Positions 8,503-15,822 of a DNA stretch of 16,623 nucleotides are shown here, one piece after another. The notes below the pieces were generated by a model. It saw nothing but the letters and a program-made list of their open reading frames with translations, searched no databases and was not told the origin of the DNA. Both the position numbers and the translations under genes were made by a program. Each line of letters starts with the position of its first letter. Position 1 is the stretch's first letter. This DNA is from Pseudomonadota bacterium. Lineage in GTDB: Bacteria > Bdellovibrionota > FAC87 > UBA2466. Location of the stretch: the NCBI GenBank assembly GCA_043767805.1, contig JAYUGC010000035.1, positions 1-16,623 on the forward strand. Reading direction: 5' to 3'.

Positions 8503-9494
8503 TTACCGGAGGCGCTGGGTTCATCGGGTCCAACTTGGTGGAGCTCTTAATCGAGCAAGGGCACCGGGTGCGGGTTTTGGACAACTTCTCGACGGGGCAT
8601 CTGGCCAACCTCGCTGAGTTCGAGGGTGAATTGGAAATCGTGGAAGGCGACGTTACGCAGGCCGAGGATTGCCACCGCGCCATGAAGGGTGTTACGCGCG
8701 TCGTCCACCTCGCGGCCGAAGTCTCGGTGGCGCGCTCCATCGGCTCGCCCGTGGCGACCAATGGAACGAATGTCTCGGGTACCTGCGAGATTTTGGAAGC
8801 GGCCAAAGAAGAAGGCGTGCGGGGCTTCGTGTTTGCTTCCACTTGCGCGGTCTACGGGAACGCCGAAAGCCTTCCCATCGATGAGACCCGGGCGGTACAC
8901 CCGCTCTCGCCGTACGCCGCGAGCAAACTCGCGGCGGAACACTACGTGCGGCTATACCGGCAACTCTACGGTATGCCGTCCGTGGCCTTTCGGCTCTTTA
9001 ACGTCTATGGGCCGAAACAAGATCCTACCTCCGCTTACTCGGGCGTGATCTCCGCCTTCGCCGATCGCCTAGCTCAAGGCACGCCGACGACCATCTATGG
9101 AGACGGAGAGCAAACCCGGGACTTCATCTTCGTGAAAGATGTGGTGAGCGCGTTCGTTTGGGCGGCCTTGAACCCCGAGTTCTTGCATGAATCCGTCTAT
9201 AACCTCGCGACCGGCTCGGCGACCTCGGTCACGCGCTTACACGAGAAACTCGTTCGTCTCGCGGGTGGCGGACCTCCGCCCCTCTTCGCGCCGCAAAGAA
9301 TCGGGGAAGTCAGGCATTCTCTAGGAAAGGCCGAGCTGTACTTGAGCGCGCGGGGCTTGGAAGCTTCCGATCTAGCGACCTTATCCGAAGGATTAGAGAG
9401 GACGGCGCACTGGTTTTTCCCTCGTCCGGCAATGGCGCGCCGAAGTTTTCCCGCTCACGGCACTGCCGCGGCCGGCTTCCTGGTGAGCCAGTGA
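8484..9494 (+). CDS. NAD-dependent NDP-sugar epimerase/dehydratase (UDP-Glc/GlcNAc 4-epimerase-like)
   Basis: LVTGGAGFIGS Rossmann motif, SPYAASK (YxxxK), FNVYGPKQ and GDGEQTRDF. Start re-called to ATG 8484 (MEETFLV). Confidence 0.93.
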   Translation: MEETFLVTGGAGFIGSNLVELLIEQGHRVRVLDNFSTGHLANLAEFEGELEIVEGDVTQAEDCHRAMKGVTRVVHLAAEVSVARSIGSPVATNGTNVSGTCEILEAAKEEGVRGFVFASTCAVYGNAESLPIDETRAVHPLSPYAASKLAAEHYVRLYRQLYGMPSVAFRLFNVYGPKQDPTSAYSGVISAFADRLAQGTPTTIYGDGEQTRDFIFVKDVVSAFVWAALNPEFLHESVYNLATGSATSVTRLHEKLVRLAGGGPPPLFAPQRIGEVRHSLGKAELYLSARGLEASDLATLSEGLERTAHWFFPRPAMARRSFPAHGTAAAGFLVSQ

Positions 9495-10261
9495 AACTCT
9501 TTAGCGTCCTGCTAGCCCTGCTTCTCTCCGTTTCGGCTAGAGCCACATTAAAAGGCAATCTGTCTCTCGAGGAGAGCTATGAGCCTCTCGGCGCCTTGGT
9601 CCGCACTTCCTTGCGAGCACGCATGGAGCAAGCCATCACCCCGTTCGTGTCCCCTTATCTCGCGGCGGGAAATGAGTCGGCCTCTCCTTACCAGTATCCT
9701 TTGCAATTAAATTCAGAGGCGTACCTTTTCGCGGCGCCCGGCGTGAAGCTGAGCCTTGGGAACTTCTCACTCCTCGCCGAGACCCGTTTTCGTAAATTCC
9801 ATATGGAGAATTACGAAGGAGCGCCGCCTCGGGCCTTGGTCGACGTCCAAGGGCTTCTCATTTACGACAACTACTGGGATCACAGGCTTTCAGAAACGAG
9901 CGGCCTTTCTTTATTTGGCGCGGTTTATAGCGAAACCAATTTCACTAGCGCGGATAATGCTAATCTCCTTCATACGACCCTCGTACGGGCCGGCCCGGAG
10001 ATTGTCTTCGTAAAAGGCGGGCACCTCGCGGCTTTCGTGGAGCCAAACTTCGTCGTCGATAGACTGCACCATTATTACAATAACCGCGCGGAGCTCAGAT
10101 TCAGTGGGCGCGTGCGGTACAACGCGGAACCGTTCGTACTAAATCTCACCGTTTCCTATCTCTTCAACCACTATTTCAAAATGAAGTACCTGGAAGAGTA
10201 TCCGCCCCCCGATCGCAACCAAGGCGTTACGGCTAAGCTCACTCTCGCCGTACATTACTGA
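9491..10261 (+). CDS. Hypothetical protein, predicted outer-membrane beta-barrel
   Basis: Signal peptide MKLFSVLLALLLSVSARA, alternating amphipathic strands, and C-terminal aromatic residue (AKLTLAVHY). GTGA coupling to the epimerase stop. Confidence 0.65.
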   Translation: MKLFSVLLALLLSVSARATLKGNLSLEESYEPLGALVRTSLRARMEQAITPFVSPYLAAGNESASPYQYPLQLNSEAYLFAAPGVKLSLGNFSLLAETRFRKFHMENYEGAPPRALVDVQGLLIYDNYWDHRLSETSGLSLFGAVYSETNFTSADNANLLHTTLVRAGPEIVFVKGGHLAAFVEPNFVVDRLHHYYNNRAELRFSGRVRYNAEPFVLNLTVSYLFNHYFKMKYLEEYPPPDRNQGVTAKLTLAVHY

Positions 10262-10991
10262 GACTTCGGCGGGGATTCTTGAAATGGTCGATGATCATCC
10301 CGATCGGCCGCGCGTCGTCGGAGGGATCCGCCGGTAGATTGAGCCGCTCTTGCCTCCAAGGAGCGTAGGGAGGCGCCCCCAAGCGCAGTTTTCCGAGGTA
10401 AGGAGCATAGCCTCCTACCGGAGCAACTAGTCCGAAGTCGACGACCAAGATCTTTCCCGTCGAGTCGATGAGGAGGTTCGCGGGGGTAATATCGGAATGC
10501 ACCCACCCGTTCTCTCCGGTCTTTTGCAAGATCCCTTGAGCTTTCCCTAGCTGGGCCGCGATGTGGTCGGCGTCAAAGGCGCCCGTCTCCCCGCCGCGCA
10601 CGACGGCTTTGACGGACTTAGGACTCTCCCCGTCGTAGAGCATTGTGGTGAGGATGAGCATTCCTTCCGGCCCGGGGTGCGCTCTCATGAAAAGACCGTC
10701 TGGATCGACGGGCTCAATCAATTTCGAGACCGCAACTTCGTGCTGAAGGGATTGCCGACCGCGGGGCTCCTCCCCCAAAGGCACTTTGATGGCCATGGGA
10801 ACCGGAGTGTCTTTCGTCAGATATACCGCCGCGAAAGACCCTTCTCCCGTCAGCACCAGATTGTTTCCAAAATGCTCGATTAGGGTGGCGTACCCCTTAA
10901 GGCAAAGGGCAGCGGGGCGCTCCGGCTCGGCAAAGAGCGGCGTGGCCCACAAAACCATTCCTAAAATGGCCGTGACGGACAATCGAAGCAT
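10239..10991 (-). CDS. Hanks-type Ser/Thr protein kinase-like protein with N-terminal signal peptide
   Basis: GEGSFAAVY (Gly loop), MAIKV (Lys), QHEV (helix C Glu), HSDITPANLL (catalytic loop), VVDFGL and GAPPYAP. N-terminus MLRLSVTAILGMVLWATPLFA|E. Confidence 0.82.
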   Translation of the reverse strand: MLRLSVTAILGMVLWATPLFAEPERPAALCLKGYATLIEHFGNNLVLTGEGSFAAVYLTKDTPVPMAIKVPLGEEPRGRQSLQHEVAVSKLIEPVDPDGLFMRAHPGPEGMLILTTMLYDGESPKSVKAVVRGGETGAFDADHIAAQLGKAQGILQKTGENGWVHSDITPANLLIDSTGKILVVDFGLVAPVGGYAPYLGKLRLGAPPYAPWRQERLNLPADPSDDARPIGMIIDHFKNPRRSLSNVRRE

Positions 10992-11087
10992 TGGACTCTC
11001 AATATCGCCGTGGACCGCTTGAATACGGCAGAGCTTTTATGTCGCTTGTGGCCACTGGCTGGCATTAGCCATAATGAGCCCTACCTC

Positions 11088-12395
11088 ATGCGTTTTTTGT
11101 TCTTACTAAGTTTCCTTTGCCTATCCGCGCGCGCGGAGCTGGCGAGCCCCGAGACATGGGCGGCGTTGAAGGCTTTCCACGGCTAATTCCGCATGGGCCT
11201 CGAAGTGGAAGCGGTTGGCCCGCCCATGGAGCGCGTGCTTCCTTACTTGGAGTACGAAGCGCTCATGGAAAGTCTCCCCGCAAGCTACTTCAACTGGCGA
11301 CCGAACCACGCGGACGCGTATCTAGAGCGAGAGGGAAACTTCGAAACGCTTTCGCCGGAGTTGCAAACAAAGCTTCTCGAAATGAAGCGGCCCAACGAGA
11401 CGATTCAGTCCGCCTGGACGAGACTGCCTTACGAAACTCAGGTCGCGGCCATTAAGCCCTCTCGCATGCCGCTTAGCGTGCTCTCTTACAAGCTCGCCAA
11501 CCTCGCGGCCGCGCTGAAAGTTCGCGAAGACGCCCCGCCCGCTTTCAAAGAGATGATGAGCCGGTTCGCCCTTGAGCCAGACGCCGTTAGCGGTCCGGCT
11601 ATCTTCGAGTTCAAGCATAACGAGGACATCGCCATGACCGATCCGGTCAAGTACCTCGCCGATCTGGCCTCGCTCTCAGGGTTCCTCGGTATCCAAAGCA
11701 TGCTCGACGATCCGCTCACCAGAAAGCCAGGGATCTATTCGTATCACGTGCATATCAGCAAGAAAGACGGGCCTATCGTGGAAAGCGTGCTGCAGGCTCT
11801 CAATTTCAAGCGCATGTTGGATCTCGCCAAACTTAATTCCGCAGCGGCCTTTAGTGAAACGAGCACGGTGGCGTACCAAACGGATATCAGGCGCAAAGGG
11901 CTCATCCGCCGTATCGCCGAAGATCGGGTCGAACTCAGATACCACGACGGAAATCCGGTCGACGAGCTGCGCTCGACCCTTGAGCTCTTGAGTCTTCCGG
12001 AGAAAGAAGCGGCCTCCCGCCTGAGTGCCCAGGTGGCCGAGCAGTTCACGCCCGAGCTCATCGAAAAAATCACCGAGATACGGCCTGACGTGGTCGTTGA
12101 TTACCTCCTTCATATTTACCCTCACCTCACGACCGAACAGAAGATCTTCAACGGCACTTTGCTCGCTGCGGTTCAGTCGGGAATCAGGAACGGGGGTAAA
12201 GAGAGCTCGGTGAAACGCCGTTTCGTGAAATCCTTGTACGCGGGCATGGCCTCTCCCGGCGTTTCCAAAGAGGCCAAAAGCATAATGAAAACCCTGGCCG
12301 CCCAAACCGATCCCTCGGGCGTCCCCTGGGCTCAGAACTTCGTGAGCGGCGTCTTCCAAAGTTGTGCCCTCGCCTTCAAGTCCCTCACCCGCTAA
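11088..12395 (+). pseudogene. Secreted amidoligase / COOH-NH2 ligase-fold-like protein interrupted by in-frame TAA at 11184-11186 (intact ORF 11193-12395)
   Basis: From ATG 11088 the frame reads MRFLFLLSFLCLSARA|ELASPETWAALKAFHG*FRMGLEVE, in frame with the 400-aa ORF. Motifs GLEVE, EPD, FEF, YHVHIS and VELRY occur in the order expected for glutamine-synthetase/GCS-fold ligases. Confidence 0.6.
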
Positions 12396-12407
12396 AAGGC
12401 CCCGGTA

Positions 12408-13190
12408 CATTGCTGTCCGGTTGGACGCGGTAGGTAAAGGTTGAAGAAGGCCTGAAACCAAGGCAACACAGGGTTTTCGACCAAGAAAATACTGTGCCGG
12501 AGGTTTCAGGCCGTAAGCCAAAATAACGTGTTCGAGCAAATGATCAAGTTGGTTTCTCGCCACCAGTTCGAGGGAGCGGTAGCTCACTTTGAAGGGGATC
12601 GGGGGGTTCGAACGCTCGACTGCTGGACGTGGTTCGGCGCGCTTCTATTCGGCCAACTCAGTGGCCACGACTCCATACGAGCCATCGAGCGTGTTTTCTG
12701 CCACGGCAATCGGCGCATGCAACGCATGGGCTTTTCCACTGTATGTCGCAGTACTCTTGCCGACGCCAATCAGAGCCGGCCTCTGGGGATCTTGGAGCGC
12801 ACTTACGCTGGTGTTCTCTCCCATGCCAAGCACATTTGTCCCGAACGCCACGGCTTTCGCTTTGAGGGCGAGGTCCGGGCGCTAGACTCCTCAGTCATCG
12901 ACCTGTGCCTATCTTTGAGTCCTTGGGCGAGCTTTCGCAAGGGAAGGTCTGGCGTGAAGCTGCACACGGCGATAGACCTAGCGGGAGATTTGCCGGACTT
13001 TGTCGTCATTACACCCGCCTTGCGCCACGACGTTCCTATTGCCCGGCAGTACTTGCACCCCAAGGCAGGTTCCACGGTGATTTTCGACCGCGGCTACTGG
13101 AGCGCAGACTTTCTCAACCAGCTCAACCGCGACAAGGTCTTCTTTGTCACCCGAGCTAGAAAAAACAATCGCTTCAAAGTCCTCGAAAGG
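12408..13190 (+). mobile_element. IS4-family insertion sequence, left part only
   Basis: Begins CATTGCTGTCCGGTT, resembling termini of DUF4372-type IS4 elements, followed by the transposase. No matching right end or target duplication found. Confidence 0.7.
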
Positions 13191-13289
13191 GGCTCACGTC
13201 TAACTGATATCTACTTTCATATAAGTCTTCAAATACTTAACCACTATTGCATAGTACTACTAGGTAGTATATACTACTTAGTAGTATGA
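12513..13289 (+). pseudogene. IS4-family transposase (DUF4372 + DDE), 3'-truncated
   Basis: VFEQMIKLVSRHQFE, LLFGQLSGHDSIRAIE, RSTLADAN, LDSSVIDL, GVKLH, FDRGY and FFVTR motifs. Similarity stops near 13190, before the catalytic Glu region. The remaining tail is read-through of the TA promoter. Confidence 0.88.
13247..13286 (+). promoter_or_regulatory. Sigma70 promoter and double palindromic operator of the TA operon
   Basis: -35 TTGCAT (13247-13252), 17-nt spacer, -10 TATACT (13270-13275). Two TACTAC-N3-GTAGTA palindromes at 13255-13269 and 13272-13286. Confidence 0.85.
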
Positions 13290-13624
13290 GACGCACCTTC
13301 GTGGAAACCTCACTGTTTGCGAGGCGAGTAAATCAGGAGGGCGCCGAAGTTCTGAAGGAGATTCAAGCGGAGATCCTAAAGAATTCTGAAGGCGGCCGAA
13401 TTATTCAGGGTACCGGAGGGCTACGGAAACTCCGAGTAGGCGACGAGGGCCGCGGAAAGGGCAAGCGCGGTGGCTTCAGGGTGATCTACTTGGACCTGCC
13501 ACACATCGAGCGCACGCATCTTCTGGCCCTCTACGACAAGGACGAAAAAGACGATATCTCGAAAGACGAGAAGAAAGCTCTGAAGGCTCTGGTGGAGCAG
13601 ATTAAAAAGGAAGCACGATTATGA
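13286..13624 (+). CDS. higB: Type II toxin, RelE/HigB family
   Basis: FVETSLF, G.IIQGTGGLRKLR, GKGKRGGFRVIY and LYDKDEKDDIS motifs. Toxin-first order with ATGA overlap to the HTH gene. Confidence 0.9.
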   Translation: MRRTFVETSLFARRVNQEGAEVLKEIQAEILKNSEGGRIIQGTGGLRKLRVGDEGRGKGKRGGFRVIYLDLPHIERTHLLALYDKDEKDDISKDEKKALKALVEQIKKEARL

Positions 13625-13953
13625 AAAAGACAAAACTTGGCCAGGAACTGATCGCCAGTCTCACCGAGGCCGTTGACTACGAGCGCGGTAAGAAAAAACT
13701 GCGTACTTCCACGCTTGAAATTCCCGAGCCCGCTAAACACTGGCGCAAGGACCAGATCGCGCGTCTTCGCAAAGAGCGATTCGGCGTAAGCCAGCCCGTA
13801 TTCGCTTCCCTTCTCAGCGTGACCGCATCGACGGTTCGAGCATGGGAGCAAGGGCTAAAAACACCATCGGGTGCCGCTAGCCGGCTTCTAGAGCTTGCAG
13901 AAATCGAGCCTGAAGTCTTTCAACGTCTGGCCAAAGACCGCCGTTCCGCCTAA
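13621..13953 (+). CDS. higA: Type II antitoxin, HigA-like Xre/Cro HTH
   Basis: ELIASLTEAV N-terminus and HTH VSQPVFASLLSVTASTVRAWEQGLKTPSGAASRLL. Confidence 0.9.
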   Translation: MKKTKLGQELIASLTEAVDYERGKKKLRTSTLEIPEPAKHWRKDQIARLRKERFGVSQPVFASLLSVTASTVRAWEQGLKTPSGAASRLLELAEIEPEVFQRLAKDRRSA

Positions 13954-13960
13954 CGAGGCA

Positions 13961-14143
13961 CTAAAAGTTGATAAACTTCGCCATCAGAACGACGGAAAGC
14001 ACGAGAGAAATGAAAAAGACTCCAAGGGTCGAAGCGGCGAATCTCATCAAGCCGATCTGAATGTCCTTTGCCTCTGCCAGCAAATTAGGAACCCCTAAAC
14101 CCTCTTTGAACGCATCGTCATCATCCTTTAAAAGCTGGGTCAA
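13961..14143 (-). CDS. Possible small membrane protein or 3' gene remnant
   Basis: 60 aa with one C-terminal hydrophobic helix. TTG start with no clear SD. Stops 7 nt from the higA stop. Confidence 0.3.
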   Translation of the reverse strand: MTQLLKDDDDAFKEGLGVPNLLAEAKDIQIGLMRFAASTLGVFFISLVLSVVLMAKFINF

Positions 14144-14233
14144 GGCAGTGTCTTGTGTAGCTTGCGGGAAAGCGGAGTTTCCAATTATTAGCGAGTTTGC
14201 CCGCTGCCTTTGAAGTCGAGCAATTTGATTCGT

Positions 14234-14268
14234 AAAAAACTCGTAAGGCTCACTTGAGCTACGAGTTT
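14234..14268 (-). terminator. Intrinsic-terminator-like hairpin
   Basis: AAACTCGTA-ag-GCTCA-ct-TGAGC-TACGAGTTT. The A6 run at 14234-14239 gives a U-tract on the minus strand. Confidence 0.55.
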
Positions 14269-14333
14269 GAAGATGCGTTCATGCGATGCATTGATCGAAT
14301 TGACGATCATTTCGCTCGCGCTTTGTTGGTTAG

Positions 14334-15478
14334 ATGCCATTTCTTATGTGCCTTATCGGGGGCGTGGTTACCTCACTTATGGTTCGGTACCACTGGGATT
14401 ATTTCTTCCTCCTTAAATTCGGCATCGTATCCCTCTACTCCGTCGCCCTTTGGAATAGCACCAAGTACCACGTTGCCATGCATTTCTTCGGCTTTGTCGG
14501 TTGGGCATTCTACCGAGCGGTGGCGAAGATCGGAATGCAGAACCGAGCGACAGAAGTCTTTGAAAATGCCGGGCTCACGAGTCGCAAGGCGCAACTACCC
14601 AAACTACTCGCCCATGAGTTAGCCGAGGATGGAATCCACCGAATGCGGATTGCGCGCTCTGGTCTTGCCAGGCAAGACTTCGAGAAAGCCAAGGGTAGCA
14701 TGGCATCCTCGATGGGGGTCTACGTCAATATTATCGAGGAGAACCGCGTTCGCGGAACCGTCGATATCACTTACAGCAGGACTCCCATTCCTAATTCCGT
14801 AGAGCTAGATTTCGCTGATCTCGGGCGCCTTCGTGAAGGGGAGTTCTATATCGGCGCAGGATATGCGGGATTGAAAACTTTCAGCCTCTCTCTGAGAGCC
14901 CCCACCTCCTCATCGCTGGTGAAACCGGAAGTGGAAAGTCGACGTTTCTCCACCAGTTCATTACCGGCCTTTACCGGAATGACCCCCGGATAGAAATGAC
15001 GCTCATTGACCTGAAGGGCGGTCTTGAGTTCACCGCGTTCAGCTCCCTTCCCGGCGTCACTGTGGTCACAGATCGAGAAGAGGCCTCAAAACGTCTAACA
15101 GTCTTTCCTGAAATCATTGGACGACGAATGGGAACCCTTAGGCAGAAGCACGCCAAGAGCATTGAGGAACTCTACGGCGAAAAGAGGAAGTTCGTGAATC
15201 GCGATGTCGTTATCATTGATGAGGTGGCGGAAATGTTTCTCCCTTCGGAGGATGACGCCGCCAAAGCGATTCTAAGTCAAATTGCGCGACAAGGCCGGGC
15301 GCTGGGGCTTCACCTGGTTGTGGCCACCCAGAGGCCGGATACTCGCGCCCTCGATCCTCAGATCAAAGCAAACCTTACCGGTGTGCTGTGTTTCAAAATG
15401 CTGAATGACGCTTCAAGCATCACGGTGCTCGGAAACGGGAAGGCAACCGAACTACCATCCGCACGGCCTCCGCCTTGA
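14334..15478 (+). pseudogene. FtsK/SpoIIIE-domain ATPase with N-terminal TM helices, frameshifted and 3'-truncated
   Basis: Removing one CT from (CT)4 at 14886-14893 joins ORF 14334 to SESPHLLIAGETGSGKST (Walker A), LIDLKGGLEF, VVIIDEVAE (Walker B) and GRALGLHLVVATQRP. Similarity ends after LGNGKATELPS near 15460. Confidence 0.88.
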
Positions 15479-15556
15479 ACTCCGCAGAATGGTTTCTATA
15501 AGGGCGTTTCTCGGACACGGTTACCTCCAACATCGAAGTATACCGCCTAACTTGGA

Positions 15557-15581
15557 GTGTCCATTTTACTGAGGAAGGTCA
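15557..15581 (+). mobile_element. Lone IS3-family-like terminal inverted repeat (right end)
   Basis: The reverse complement TGACCTTCCTCAGTAAAATGGACAC fits the IS3-family 5'-TG...GGACAC terminus pattern. Preceded by GCCTAA. Confidence 0.55.
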
Positions 15582-15582
15582 G

Positions 15583-15782
15583 CGACAGCAGTCCCACAAA
15601 ATTCCTACCGAACTTCTGGGATATTTGAGGAAAGAGCGCGAAAGGGTGACTAGCGTTTTTGTGGCCGCTTCGTCCGAGAGCGAAATGCTCTCGTATGAAT
15701 GGTACTCACGGACGCTGACCCGGTATTGCAAGGACTTGCGATTCCGTTGGTCGAAACCCACGGGCTACGGCATTCAACAGCG
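15583..15782 (+). pseudogene. Tyrosine recombinase (integrase) internal fragment
   Basis: RQQSHKIPTELLGYLRKERERVTSVFVAASSESEMLSYEWYSRTLTRYCKDL, a 1-nt frameshift near 15739, then IPLVETHGLRHSTA (HxLRH box II). No downstream LGH/Tyr region. Confidence 0.72.
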
Positions 15783-15822
15783 CCGCTTGCCGGAAAAATG
15801 TTGAGTCTTTGTCCATGCTCAT
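15775..15822 (-). pseudogene. abiEii: AbiEii nucleotidyltransferase toxin, 5' stub
   Basis: ATGA overlap with the abiEi stop. MSMDKDSTFFRQAALL resembles AbiEii N-termini, then the frame runs into antisense integrase DNA and stops at 15706 with no KGGT/DxD motif. Confidence 0.55.

Noticed and set aside
11184..11186. Stop-codon reassignment or programmed read-through of TAA
   Set aside because: TAA ends other genes normally here (6047, 12395, 13953). A single case is better explained by mutation or sequencing error.
3838..12587. Long antisense ORFs (3838-4641, 7804-8496, 11676-12587) and many short alternate-frame ORFs
   Set aside because: Shadows of real genes in GC-rich DNA, with no recognisable motifs.
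13190..13289. Hydrophobic C-terminal tail of the transposase ORF as a TM domain or fusion to the toxin
   Set aside because: It is read-through of the AT-rich TA promoter and operator after the truncation point.
15584..15593. GACAGCAGTC as the right inverted repeat of the IS4 (composite transposon 12408-15593)
   Set aside because: Only a short partial match, wrong terminal base, no target-site duplication, and it lies in the integrase reading frame.
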